From positions 1,904,146 to 1,968,145 of the forward strand of contig OZ244226.1 of NCBI GenBank assembly GCA_965217035.1: a stretch of DNA of 64,000 bases, read 5' to 3'. This stretch comes from Bacteriovoracaceae bacterium. Lineage in GTDB: Bacteria > Bdellovibrionota > Bacteriovoracia > Bacteriovoracales > Bacteriovoracaceae. The first letter of the stretch is position 1; every line of letters starts with the position of its first letter. Under the pieces are notes generated by a model. It had not been told where the DNA came from. It saw only the letters and a program-made list of their open reading frames with translations, and ran no database searches. A program made the translations under genes and the position numbers. Below are positions 18,176 through 27,858 of the stretch, in pieces.

Positions 18176-19516
18176 TTAGCTGCGACTCGTCAAATCAGAT
18201 TCTTTGAATATTCTGTAATAAGTAGAATTAGAGATTTTAAGTCGTCGAATAATTTTAGTCGCTTTACCTTTTTCTTCCTCATAAATCTTCTGGAAAATCG
18301 CTTGTTCAACACTCTTTGTAAAAGCAGGGAGTCCATGATGAAAAATGAAATCTTCCTGTTCAGACGAGAGGAACCCCCCTTTTTTGGTCGGAGAAAATTT
18401 GGGGAGATAAGGGCAGTCTTTTTTTATGATTCCCAGATCTGATCGAGAAAGAGTATCAATTAACTTCTTTAACTCTCTTGTATTACCTGGCCAAGAATAC
18501 TCTTTTAAAAAATCAACAACTTCTTCTTCAATAAAAAATTTTCGAGGTGATTGAGAAAGAAAAGAATAGAGTAAAACTTCTATATCATTTTCTCTTTCTC
18601 TAAGTGCGGGGATCTCTAGTTCGTATCCTGAAATTCTAAAAAAGAAATCCTTTCGAAAGGTATTATTTTGAGTTTTAGAGTTTAAGTCATCGCAGGTTGC
18701 ACTGATGAGAGTAAAATCTACTTTTATGTTTTTTTCATAACCTATTTGAGTAAACTCTTTCTCCTCAATTGCCTTGAGAAGCTTTTGTTGAGTATGAAGA
18801 GGCATTGTTCCTATCTCATCGAGAAAGAGTACTCCCCCGTTAGCCCTTTCTAATAGACCTTTATGGTCTTTATTTGCACCTGTGAAAGCTCCCTTCTTGT
18901 GGCCAAACAATTCAGAATCAATTAAGGATTCAGGGAAGCGGCTACAGTTGAATGAGACAAAGGGTGTGTCAGGAAATATCAATTGGTGATAGGTTTTTGC
19001 AAAATGAGATTTTCCAACTCCTGTTTCTCCTGTTAATAATAGACATTGGTTTTCTAAGTTTACCTTTAAGAGGTTTCTCAGTTCTCTTAAGAAACTGCTA
19101 TCATTTGTAAAAAAGAACTTACGAAGAATTTCCAATTGTGAATCATTAGCTTTCGTTCTTTGGTAGTTTTCGAGATAGGGAATAAGCGAAGTCTCAAAAT
19201 GAAGCTTGGTAAGAAAATGATCACAGCCAAGTTCATAAGCCTTTCTTGTAACTTCTTTATCATCAACTTGACTCAAAACAATAGAGTATAAATTCTTTTC
19301 CTTAGCTTTTTTTAGAATTGTAAGGCCGTGGAGGTCTTGTTGGTGAGTTAAATTAAGATCTGTTACAAGGACGTCATACAAGCTCATTTCAAGGTGGTAA
19401 AGAGCTTGGTTTTTATGAGTCGCTAATTCCACCTCACAACTGTTCTTCATTTTTTTACTAAGTGAGTGCGCGATATAAGGGTCATCTTCAACAAGAAGGA
19501 CTTTGAGTTTTTCCAT
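18176..19516 (-). CDS. Sigma54-dependent response regulator (receiver + AAA+ + HTH)
   Basis: VLLVEDD, VTD phospho-site, GETGVGKS, ELFGHKKGAFTGA, FLDEIG, FRKDFFFRI, YSWPGNTREL. Confidence 0.93.
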   Translation of the reverse strand: MEKLKVLLVEDDPYIAHSLSKKMKNSCEVELATHKNQALYHLEMSLYDVLVTDLNLTHQQDLHGLTILKKAKEKNLYSIVLSQVDDKEVTRKAYELGCDHFLTKLHFETSLIPYLENYQRTKANDSQLEILRKFFFTNDSSFLRELRNLLKVNLENQCLLLTGETGVGKSHFAKTYHQLIFPDTPFVSFNCSRFPESLIDSELFGHKKGAFTGANKDHKGLLERANGGVLFLDEIGTMPLHTQQKLLKAIEEKEFTQIGYEKNIKVDFTLISATCDDLNSKTQNNTFRKDFFFRISGYELEIPALRERENDIEVLLYSFLSQSPRKFFIEEEVVDFLKEYSWPGNTRELKKLIDTLSRSDLGIIKKDCPYLPKFSPTKKGGFLSSEQEDFIFHHGLPAFTKSVEQAIFQKIYEEEKGKATKIIRRLKISNSTYYRIFKESDLTSRS

Positions 19517-19551
19517 GAAGCTTTCTACCAGAAGTTTTCGAAAAAAGAATA

Positions 19552-19576
19552 AAAATATTCGAAATCCGAATATTTT
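19552..19576. promoter_or_regulatory. Perfect inverted repeat between divergent genes
   Basis: AAAATATTCG-AAATC-CGAATATTTT. Confidence 0.45.
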
Positions 19577-19660
19577 AGTCGGGTATGGAACAATATGCCG
19601 CGCTTAGTCTATCGCTTTGCTAAGTCTTTCTTCTGCCGAAAAAGGCTATAGGAGGGATTT

Positions 19661-20449
19661 ATGGAAAATCAGTTTTGGTATTTCAATATTGGAGAACATC
19701 AACCAACTCGTTTCATTATAGGATCAGAGACCGAGGCTGACCGCTTAAATTCTGTGTTCAAAGAAATGGGTTTTCAGAATGAAAGTAAAGACGAAGACAG
19801 GTTCAATGGACGAACAATTAAAGTTCTTTTTACTGACGTGAGCAGTATTAGAAAGCTGTCAGCGAGTTCTGCAATACCTTTGCAAAACCAGACGGGTGAA
19901 CTGGTTTACCGAAAGCTTGGACATTCTGTTTACGTTTACCGAGACTTTGCTGCTGTTATTTATAGCTCGCAGGCTAAAGAGTGGAAATGCTATCTAAATG
20001 GTAATCCTCAACTTTGGAATAATATTGAAATGAATATTCTTTTCAAAATGGTCGTGGGGAGAATTTTGAGTTTGATATTTGAAAAAACTTCAATTGTTGG
20101 CTTTTTTGGTGTTCCGGTAGAAGAGGGAGTTGTTGTTATGAATGCGAAAGAGGCGAAAGGGGAATTTGTTTTTTTTGATGTTCAAAATAAAAAGATCATT
20201 ACTCAAGATGGAGTTAAGAGTTTTGATTTTCCTAATAAGATACTTAGACTTGAAACAACTCATTCAAACTATGAAAAGAAAATGAGACCAGAAGAGCTTT
20301 ATAGCTTCTTAATGGCTAGAACAGCATTACTTTCTTTAGGGGTAAATAATTTGTATCAGGTTAATGCGATAAAAAAACTGACGAAGCTTTCTGAGGGAGT
20401 CATTTTTCCAGAAAAATCTTTTAAACCAAGAGTTTCTGTTGGAGCTTAA
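19661..20449 (+). CDS. Hypothetical cytoplasmic protein
   Basis: 262 aa, AGGAGG RBS; no recognisable motif. Confidence 0.75.
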   Translation: MENQFWYFNIGEHQPTRFIIGSETEADRLNSVFKEMGFQNESKDEDRFNGRTIKVLFTDVSSIRKLSASSAIPLQNQTGELVYRKLGHSVYVYRDFAAVIYSSQAKEWKCYLNGNPQLWNNIEMNILFKMVVGRILSLIFEKTSIVGFFGVPVEEGVVVMNAKEAKGEFVFFDVQNKKIITQDGVKSFDFPNKILRLETTHSNYEKKMRPEELYSFLMARTALLSLGVNNLYQVNAIKKLTKLSEGVIFPEKSFKPRVSVGA

Positions 20450-20991
20450 TTCTTAAAACTTCCTTGGGTTTGAGTTCTAAAAAAATAAGGAAGGTATTTC
20501 GTTAATTCCTTTTCAGGATAAGAGTTTTTATAAGAAGCCAAAAAAATAGGAAAGCAGGTGATTGTACAGGTTGATGAATAAATCATCGTTTGATCTTTCT
20601 GTTTCCATTTATAAAACGCAGTTCCATTTTTTAACTTATATTCTTGTTGTTTTTTATAGCGATTGATTAAGGATTGATGAAAGACATCATGGAGGAAATA
20701 ACTTGGAAGCTTTGCATAGAAATCTAAAACTTTATTTTTATAAACATTAAAGTGGACAGGAATAGCGTAACGAAGTTGGCTGACTTTCACTTTGTATTGC
20801 TGAAGGACTCCATCATCGAAAACAGGTTTCAATTTTGGGTATTTCGCTTTAATGGGCCCTAAGGGTTTACCTGGAAAAAAAGGGAGAAGCTCTTCAAATT
20901 TGAAATTGTAATTTGGTGGATCAACCTTCGAATGCCCTTGAGGCATTAAATTTAAGGTGAGTAATAATCCCAGAACGACCTTTTGCATCAT
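20446..20991 (-). CDS. Secreted basic hypothetical protein
   Basis: Start reassigned to ATG 20991 (signal peptide MMQKVVLGLLLTLNL); CTITC motif. Confidence 0.7.
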   Translation of the reverse strand: MMQKVVLGLLLTLNLMPQGHSKVDPPNYNFKFEELLPFFPGKPLGPIKAKYPKLKPVFDDGVLQQYKVKVSQLRYAIPVHFNVYKNKVLDFYAKLPSYFLHDVFHQSLINRYKKQQEYKLKNGTAFYKWKQKDQTMIYSSTCTITCFPIFLASYKNSYPEKELTKYLPYFFRTQTQGSFKN

Positions 20992-21094
20992 TTCTTTATG
21001 ATAGTTCATAACCATAGAGCAGTTCAAGTGACAGAGCTTGTTTCTTAGTGAAGAATAGAGAAGGTATTTTGGATTCATTTGTAGGAAATTTTAT

Positions 21095-22609
21095 ATGCCG
21101 CACAAGTCTTTTTTGAAGCTGTTTCTGACCTTTTCACTCTTGTTTTCCTGCAGTTATTTAAACAAAAATAAGGATGAGACAGAGGTTTCTTCAAGCCTCA
21201 CTCTTGATGAGAAAATTCACCAACAAGAAGAAGCCTTTTTTAAAAAAAACAATAATTCATTTCACACTCATATGCCCGAATGTAATGGCTGTATTGCGGG
21301 AAGCTCCCCATCAGACAAAGATGATTTTGACAGCTATAAACCTGTTTATCATCTCGAGACAGTTGCGGGTTATAAACTTGAAAACCAATACTTTGATTTT
21401 CCCGTTGTAGATAATCAATACGTGCGTACATGGGTTAAGTACTTTACGGGTCGTGGAAGAAGTTGGTTTGTTCGTTCTGCTGAGCGAGCAGGTCGTTATG
21501 CTCCTATGTTAAGCGAGATTCTTACTGAGAATGGAATGCCACGAGATCTTATCTATCTTTCGATGGCAGAGTCTGGGTTTAATAATAATGCTCTTTCTCA
21601 CGCTCTTGCAGCAGGACCATGGCAGTTCATCGCAAGTACAGGAAAAAAGTACGGCCTTCATATTGGCTGGTATGTTGATGAAAGGCTTGACCCAATCAAG
21701 GCTTCCTTTGCGTCAAGTCGGTACTTGAAAGATCTTTATGGGCTTTTTCAATCTTGGGAGTTGGCAGCGGCTGCTTATAACGCTGGAGAAGGGCGGGTGA
21801 TGAGAGCAACTCGTCGCTATCGCACAAAAGATTTTTGGAAAATCAGAAGAAGACGTTATTTAAGAAGAGAAACAAGAAATTATGTTCCCAAAATTATGGC
21901 CCTTGCGATTATTGGTAAAAATTTGAAAACTTTTGGATTTGAAAGAGAGGTTGAATTTCAAAAACCTCTTGAATATGAAGTTGTTCATGTAGGGGAAAGA
22001 ACAGATCTCTATAAACTTGCAGCTGATATGGGAACGAGTTTTAAAGAGCTTCGTAAATGGAATCCTGAATTGAAGCGTTGGGAAACTCCTGCTGCTAGAT
22101 CTTATTATCCTTTGAGGGTACCTGTAGGAAGTAGGGATAAATTTGAATCTTGCTGTAGCAAGAAGAATTATGCAACAACAGATTATCAGAAGTATAAAAT
22201 TAAATCTTATGGAAATATTTCACTTCTTTCGAAGAAGTTTAAAGTTCCTAAAAATGTTTTAGCTGAACTCAATGGAGTCCCTCTTAATAAATCTTTTAAA
22301 AAAGGTGAGTTTGTAACAATCCCTTTCTATAAAAGTCATAGTAGAAGAGGGGCAATGTATCGGGATCTTTATGTTCGTCGAAGAAGACGAGGGCGGAGAA
22401 GAGCTTCGTTTCGAAGACGAATCGCTATGGCAAAGAAATATGGGCAGACAATTACAAATCCATCTCAATTTTATACTGTAAGGCGAGGTGATACCCTTTG
22501 GGATGTTGCTAAAAAAACTGGAACCTCCCTTAATACGATCATAAAAAGTAATCTTGGCAAGGTTCGAAACGGAATGATTCAGCCAGGGCAAAAATTAGTT
22601 GTTAAATAG
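21095..22609 (+). CDS. mltD: Membrane-bound lytic murein transglycosylase D-like lipoprotein (SLT + LysM)
   Basis: Lipobox LFSC, MAESGF, AGPWQF, VDERLDP, AAAYNAGEGRV, ETRNYVPK, C-terminal LysM YTVRRGDTLW. Confidence 0.9.
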   Translation: MPHKSFLKLFLTFSLLFSCSYLNKNKDETEVSSSLTLDEKIHQQEEAFFKKNNNSFHTHMPECNGCIAGSSPSDKDDFDSYKPVYHLETVAGYKLENQYFDFPVVDNQYVRTWVKYFTGRGRSWFVRSAERAGRYAPMLSEILTENGMPRDLIYLSMAESGFNNNALSHALAAGPWQFIASTGKKYGLHIGWYVDERLDPIKASFASSRYLKDLYGLFQSWELAAAAYNAGEGRVMRATRRYRTKDFWKIRRRRYLRRETRNYVPKIMALAIIGKNLKTFGFEREVEFQKPLEYEVVHVGERTDLYKLAADMGTSFKELRKWNPELKRWETPAARSYYPLRVPVGSRDKFESCCSKKNYATTDYQKYKIKSYGNISLLSKKFKVPKNVLAELNGVPLNKSFKKGEFVTIPFYKSHSRRGAMYRDLYVRRRRRGRRRASFRRRIAMAKKYGQTITNPSQFYTVRRGDTLWDVAKKTGTSLNTIIKSNLGKVRNGMIQPGQKLVVK

Positions 22610-22620
22610 AAGAGGTAGTT

Positions 22621-23733
22621 TTGAGTCGGTTACTACAATTAAAAAAGAATCAAGATGGCAAACTTAAATCAATAAAAAAAATCGAAAAGAAATTTGTTAT
22701 TGTCGGTTTTGATCTTTCGTCCTTAATTCTCTTTGATCAACTTTCTTCAGAGTTTGAAAAAGACAATATTTTAGTTATTAATGATCGTGAAACGAGTCCT
22801 GAAGAGATCCTTCATAGTTGGCAAACTGCCGCTCTTCTAGGCAGAGGTAATGCATTTCAAAACTTTGTAAAAGAAGATCTAGTAGAGGCTTTTAAAGCAG
22901 AACCCTTCTTTTACAAAGATCAAACCTTAAAACCATTTTCTGGACGCGCAAAACCTCACAAACTTCTTCCGTATGAAAGCTTTTTTATAGAAAAACCATT
23001 TGAAGTTGATTTCAAAAAGTTGTTTATCGATTTTGAAGTAGTCTGTGCTGAATATAAGAATTGTTCCCATAATCCGCAAATTTCAGAAATTTTTAAGGAA
23101 GATGGAAAATGGAAAATTGTTTGCAGTGATGGTTCTCTCGTTATTGCCGAAAAGCTCTACTGGACTAGTTCTCGTGAAGAGTTTTATGAAAAATCTTCTG
23201 AAAATTTGAAAGAGTCCTATAGTGATAATGAAAAAAATTTTCTTTTAGAGCATTGGAATTTTTCACTCCTCAATGTTTACTTCGAGCTCTCTCATACGAT
23301 TGTGGATGAGTCCCAAACTGTCTTTATCCCACAAAGCTTTACCTATGATCACGGACACTTTATCGTGGATTTCTCTCAACCGAAAGAAGACAAATCTCAA
23401 TCAATTAGGGCCTATGCATTGATTTATGATCACACTCTTTCTGAAGAAGAAGTCGGAAAAAAGATCCGTCATATGAAAAAAAGTCTTCAAAAAGTTTATC
23501 CAAGTTTCTTTGATTCGAACCCGACAGAAGAGGTTCGATTCCTTGATGGTTTTCTTTCATCAACGAGAGAAGAAAGTCAGAAAGTGGACTTTGATTCGTT
23601 ACCAAATCTTCCAGAGTTTGTTGGTACACAAGCGGCATTTGAGTTAAGCCAATATCCATTAGAGATTCCGACATTGGCTTCATTAATGAAGTCAATTTCA
23701 TCACTAAAAATCGATACAACCTCTCTGAGTTGA
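22621..23733 (+). CDS. Hypothetical protein, possibly a degenerate FAD/NAD-binding oxidoreductase fold
   Basis: FVIVGFDLSSL...ILVIND where a Rossmann motif would lie; ISEIFKEDGKWKIVCSDGSLVIAEKL. Confidence 0.55.
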   Translation: MSRLLQLKKNQDGKLKSIKKIEKKFVIVGFDLSSLILFDQLSSEFEKDNILVINDRETSPEEILHSWQTAALLGRGNAFQNFVKEDLVEAFKAEPFFYKDQTLKPFSGRAKPHKLLPYESFFIEKPFEVDFKKLFIDFEVVCAEYKNCSHNPQISEIFKEDGKWKIVCSDGSLVIAEKLYWTSSREEFYEKSSENLKESYSDNEKNFLLEHWNFSLLNVYFELSHTIVDESQTVFIPQSFTYDHGHFIVDFSQPKEDKSQSIRAYALIYDHTLSEEEVGKKIRHMKKSLQKVYPSFFDSNPTEEVRFLDGFLSSTREESQKVDFDSLPNLPEFVGTQAAFELSQYPLEIPTLASLMKSISSLKIDTTSLS

Positions 23734-23740
23734 ATCATTC

Positions 23741-24514
23741 ATGAAAAAAATTTGGAAGTATAAAAAAACTCTTCTTCTTATTCCTGGGACGATTCTTCCC
23801 TATTTCTTAGGACTTGTTACTTTTTCTGGAATCTTCCAGCATTACGACGATTATTTTACGGTTGAAAAAAGGGAGAAAGCTATTGAGGTCACTTTCCTTT
23901 TAAAGAGACCACAAAAATGGATACCTCTTATTCAAGTTAGCTCTAAAGCTATTTGGCCAATTGTTATTAGCGAGGATTGGGCTTTTTACGAACATTCAGG
24001 ATTAGATTTTAATCAATTAGGGAAGGTACTCGAGAATGCGGTAAAGAGTGGAAGAGTTAAAAGAGGAGCCAGCACAATTACTCAACAAGTAGTAAAAAAC
24101 CTCTATCTCTCTCACGAGCGATCTTTTTTCAGGAAATTTAATGAAATGATTCTCGCGTTTTCTCTCGAGTTACTTGTTGATAAAAAATGGATTCTTGAAC
24201 AATATCTTAATTTAGCAGAGTTTGGTCCAAGTCTTTTTGGTATTAAAGAAGCTGCTTGGCACTATTTTCAAAAGTCGCCCTCTGAACTGACTTATAGAGA
24301 AGGAGCTTTCTTGGCTATGCTTCTCCCTAGTCCAACAAGATACGGTGAGTCTTTTCGAAAATCTGAACTAACTGAATTTGCGCAAGAGCAAATAGAATCA
24401 ATTCTCACCAAGCTTGTTCAAGCAAGAATCATTTCAGAAGAAGAAAAGCAAACTGAGTTGATGGATACCTTTAATTGGGAGGCGCTTCCGGATGAAGACT
24501 TCTTCTTCCCTTAG
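23741..24514 (+). CDS. mtgA: Monofunctional peptidoglycan glycosyltransferase (GT51)
   Basis: ISEDWAFYEHSG, RGASTITQQVVKNL, RKFNE, KKWILEQYLN, MLLPSP. Confidence 0.9.
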   Translation: MKKIWKYKKTLLLIPGTILPYFLGLVTFSGIFQHYDDYFTVEKREKAIEVTFLLKRPQKWIPLIQVSSKAIWPIVISEDWAFYEHSGLDFNQLGKVLENAVKSGRVKRGASTITQQVVKNLYLSHERSFFRKFNEMILAFSLELLVDKKWILEQYLNLAEFGPSLFGIKEAAWHYFQKSPSELTYREGAFLAMLLPSPTRYGESFRKSELTEFAQEQIESILTKLVQARIISEEEKQTELMDTFNWEALPDEDFFFP

Positions 24515-24661
24515 AGCTTTAAAAAACTTCGAATTTCTTTGTCCTCATAAAGATTGATTCGACTCAAAATACCAAATCGTATGTCTCGTCACTTTTAAGG
24601 ATGCACCCTATACGGGTGTCTAAAACTTCTCGCTTTTTCAAGCTCTAAGATTGTTTTGTTT

Positions 24662-25792
24662 TTAAGCGAGCCAACGGAGTCTTTTCGCTAATAAAACTCC
24701 TAAGCCTGATAGAATTAAAGTTGGAACGAAAACAGCAACAGAAGCAGGAATTTGAGACTTTTTGGCAAACCCAATGAAAGCAAAGTAAATCGCATAGTAG
24801 AGAATCAAAACACCAAGAGTATTCGTTGCAATATTGCGACTTTTACCTCTTTGAGAAGAAATTCCAAGGCAAAAACCAATAAATGGAAAGATTAGGCAAA
24901 GGAGAGCGGTATTAAAACGATTGTAATATTCAATCCTCGCTTTATTTTGTTCTTTTATGGAGGAGTTTCTCGCTTTTAGTTTCTCTTCATCCAAAGCTAT
25001 AAAGTTTTTTAATTGTGAACCTGTCATGGCAGAAGCTTTATTATTTACATTATAAAAATTATCTCTATTAAAAACGCTAAACTTATAGGTACCAAATAAG
25101 ATTTTTTCTAGTTGTTGAGATACTTGTGGTCCCTTGTTTACAATATTTCCGTTATAAAGTTCGAGAACAAGATCTGTTGCAAAGGGATTGTCTTGGTCGT
25201 TAAATTCAAGAAGCCCTTGTTTAGCTGAAATAATTTTTTCACTTCCATTTTTTATGAACTTGATAAAAACATCAGTCATTTTTAAGCTTTCTTTTTCTAT
25301 CTCTTTTGCAAAAAGAATAACGTTTGGAAGTTGAGTAAAAAATCGTCCACTTCTTAACTCTGAAATAAAACTCTTTGACTTGAGTTGATGAACAGTTGTT
25401 CTAAAGTTTTTCTTAGAAACAGGAATAAAGTTTTGATTCATGAGAAAGGCCCAAAGGGCCAGAGTTCCTGAAAACGCTAAAATGGGGATAAAGATTTTAA
25501 AATTGGACAGTCCAAATGATCTCATCGCGATATATTCTGAGTTTTGGCAGAGTTTGTTGATGCTGTAAATACTTGCAAATAAAAGAGCTAAGGGAAGCGA
25601 TAAAGGAATCAAGGTTACTGCAATTTGAAGAACAAGTTCCAAGGTTTTTAATATTTCCATTCCCTGAGATGAGAGAAGATTTGTAATTTTAATAAGTTGA
25701 AAAGTCATTAAGAAGCTCACTAAAAAGAGAAAGATGAGCAAGAATGACAACACGACATAGGTCGCAACGTACTTAAACAAGGACTTTGGCAT
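24662..25792 (-). CDS. lptF: LptF/LptG-family LPS export permease
   Basis: Three TM + SEYIAMRSFG + periplasmic domain + three TM; divergent from pepA as commonly seen for lptF. Confidence 0.8.
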   Translation of the reverse strand: MPKSLFKYVATYVVLSFLLIFLFLVSFLMTFQLIKITNLLSSQGMEILKTLELVLQIAVTLIPLSLPLALLFASIYSINKLCQNSEYIAMRSFGLSNFKIFIPILAFSGTLALWAFLMNQNFIPVSKKNFRTTVHQLKSKSFISELRSGRFFTQLPNVILFAKEIEKESLKMTDVFIKFIKNGSEKIISAKQGLLEFNDQDNPFATDLVLELYNGNIVNKGPQVSQQLEKILFGTYKFSVFNRDNFYNVNNKASAMTGSQLKNFIALDEEKLKARNSSIKEQNKARIEYYNRFNTALLCLIFPFIGFCLGISSQRGKSRNIATNTLGVLILYYAIYFAFIGFAKKSQIPASVAVFVPTLILSGLGVLLAKRLRWLA

Positions 25793-25903
25793 AGACAAAG
25801 GTTACAGGCTGTCCTTGAGACTGGGAAGTGCTCAATTGATTTTGTTTTGTTCTTGGACAAAAAAATCGCTTCTTGTTATTCTGCCAGCGCAAAGGAGAAA
25901 GCC

Positions 25904-27397
25904 ATGAAACTAGAAATTATCCCTTCTAAGAACCCTGTTAAATCTGAAATCGTTGCCGTTGGTGTTTGGAGCACTGGTACTGATAAGAAGCAGACTTTGA
26001 AAATTGATTCAAATCTTAAAAAAGATATTCTATCGATTAAATCAGTTGAAAGTTTTAATGCAGGTCTTGGAAAAACGAGAGAAATTGTTCTTTCTGACTC
26101 TCAAAGAATTCTCTTAGTTGGTCTTGGTCGCTCTAAGGAATTGAATGAAGAAAAGTTTAGAAGAACGACTGCTCGTGTTTTTAAATCGATTAAAGCAGAC
26201 CAACCGGCATCTGTTGAAATTGATTTAAAAAGTTTTTCTTCTAAGTTTAAAGAGGTTAAAACTTTTGAGATTCTTGCGGAGTCCTTTTCTCTTGCAGATT
26301 ACTCTTTTGATAATCACAAGTCTGATAAAAAAGAATCTAAGTTAAAAAAAGTTGAGTTCAGAACTGTAAAATTAACAAAAGCGCAAGCAACTAAAAAGCT
26401 TGATCGAGTTCTTTCAATCACTGATTCAATGAACTTCACTCGAGATCTTGTTAATGAAGCACCAAATGTTCTTCATTCTGAAAACTACGCTAACATTATA
26501 GAAAAAGATGTGAAGACTACGCTTAAAGGAAAAGGCGTTAAAGTAAAAACTCTTAATAAAGCTGATATCAAAAAAGAAAAAATGAATCTTTTTCTTTCGG
26601 TAAATGCCGGATCTCATTATGAACCACGGTTAGTTCATCTCACTTATACTCCTAAAAGAGCGACGTCAAAAACAAAGCATATAGCTCTTGTTGGAAAAGG
26701 GGTCACTTTTGATACTGGTGGGTATAGTTTAAAACCACCAGGCAGCATGGTTGGAATGAAATTTGATATGGGTGGATCAGCAACTGTCTATGGGGCTTTT
26801 CGAGCAGCTGTTTTATTAGGTTCTCCTTATAAAATAACATGTATTCTTGCTATCACTGATAATATGATCGATGCAAAAGGAAATGTTCCTGATTCTGTCA
26901 TAAAAGGAAGAAGTGGTAAAACTGTAGAGATTCTTAACACTGATGCAGAGGGAAGACTTTGCTTGGCAGACGCGCTTGATTACACTTGTGATTTAAAACC
27001 GAATGTTATTATCGATGCTGCAACTTTAACAGGTGCTTGCCTTGTTGCTTTTGGGAAAGAAGTTTGTGCTGTTCTTGGCAATGACGATTCCTTAGTGAAA
27101 TCTCTTTATAAATCTGCGAGCAATGTTGATGAGTATATTTGGCAACTTCCAATTATTCAGGAATATAGAGATCAAATAAAGTCAGATATTGCCGATATCA
27201 AAAATATTGGTGCCGCGCGAATGGCAGGGACGGCGATCGGAGCCGTTTTTCTTGAAAACTTTATCAAAGATGATATTTCATGGGCGCATTTAGATATTGC
27301 TGGAGTTTGTGATTCTCAAAGCCATCTTCCATACTGTCCATCAAAGGGTGGGTCCGGTTTGATGGTGCGTACGCTTGCTGATTATCTCACTCGCTAA
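25904..27397 (+). CDS. pepA: Leucyl aminopeptidase (M17)
   Basis: GKGVTFDTGG, MKFDMGG, NTDAEGRL, ATLTGA, WAHLDIAG; AAGGAG RBS. Confidence 0.96.
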   Translation: MKLEIIPSKNPVKSEIVAVGVWSTGTDKKQTLKIDSNLKKDILSIKSVESFNAGLGKTREIVLSDSQRILLVGLGRSKELNEEKFRRTTARVFKSIKADQPASVEIDLKSFSSKFKEVKTFEILAESFSLADYSFDNHKSDKKESKLKKVEFRTVKLTKAQATKKLDRVLSITDSMNFTRDLVNEAPNVLHSENYANIIEKDVKTTLKGKGVKVKTLNKADIKKEKMNLFLSVNAGSHYEPRLVHLTYTPKRATSKTKHIALVGKGVTFDTGGYSLKPPGSMVGMKFDMGGSATVYGAFRAAVLLGSPYKITCILAITDNMIDAKGNVPDSVIKGRSGKTVEILNTDAEGRLCLADALDYTCDLKPNVIIDAATLTGACLVAFGKEVCAVLGNDDSLVKSLYKSASNVDEYIWQLPIIQEYRDQIKSDIADIKNIGAARMAGTAIGAVFLENFIKDDISWAHLDIAGVCDSQSHLPYCPSKGGSGLMVRTLADYLTR

Positions 27398-27399
27398 TC

Positions 27400-27858
27400 T
27401 TGCAACCAAAGTTTAAAATCGTTCTTTATCAGCCCGAAATTCCTGGTAATACTGGGAGTATCGGGCGTACATGTGTTGCCTTGGGAATCGAATTGATTCT
27501 TATCAAGCCTTATGGTTTTGATATAACAGAAAAGTCAGTCAGAAGGGCAGGACTTGATTATTGGAAGCATCTTAAGCTTAAAGAGTTTGAAAATTGGACT
27601 GAATTTCTAGAAATTGAGAAACCCTCAAGTTTACTCTTATTTGAAAATCATAAGTCTCAAGATTTCTTCGAAGCTCCCTATATTGAAAATTCTTATTTAG
27701 TGTTTGGAAGTGAAACACGTGGAATTCCTGAAGAGATCCAATCGAAATATCAGGATGATATTTATTCTTTGCCGATGTATTCCGATATTATTCGTTCCCT
27801 CAATCTTTCTAATGCTGCGACTGCCGTCGCTTATCAATGTTTAAAATCTTTACTCTAA
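27400..27858 (+). CDS. trmL: tRNA (cytidine/uridine34-2'-O)-methyltransferase
   Basis: PEIPGNTG, RRAGLDYW, FGSETRG, RSLNLSN; TTG start. Confidence 0.93.
   Translation: MQPKFKIVLYQPEIPGNTGSIGRTCVALGIELILIKPYGFDITEKSVRRAGLDYWKHLKLKEFENWTEFLEIEKPSSLLLFENHKSQDFFEAPYIENSYLVFGSETRGIPEEIQSKYQDDIYSLPMYSDIIRSLNLSNAATAVAYQCLKSLL

Noticed and set aside
19615..19645. Sigma28 promoter before 19661 (GCCGAAAA)
   Set aside because: Good -10 but no TAAA/TCAA -35 at 15-nt spacing
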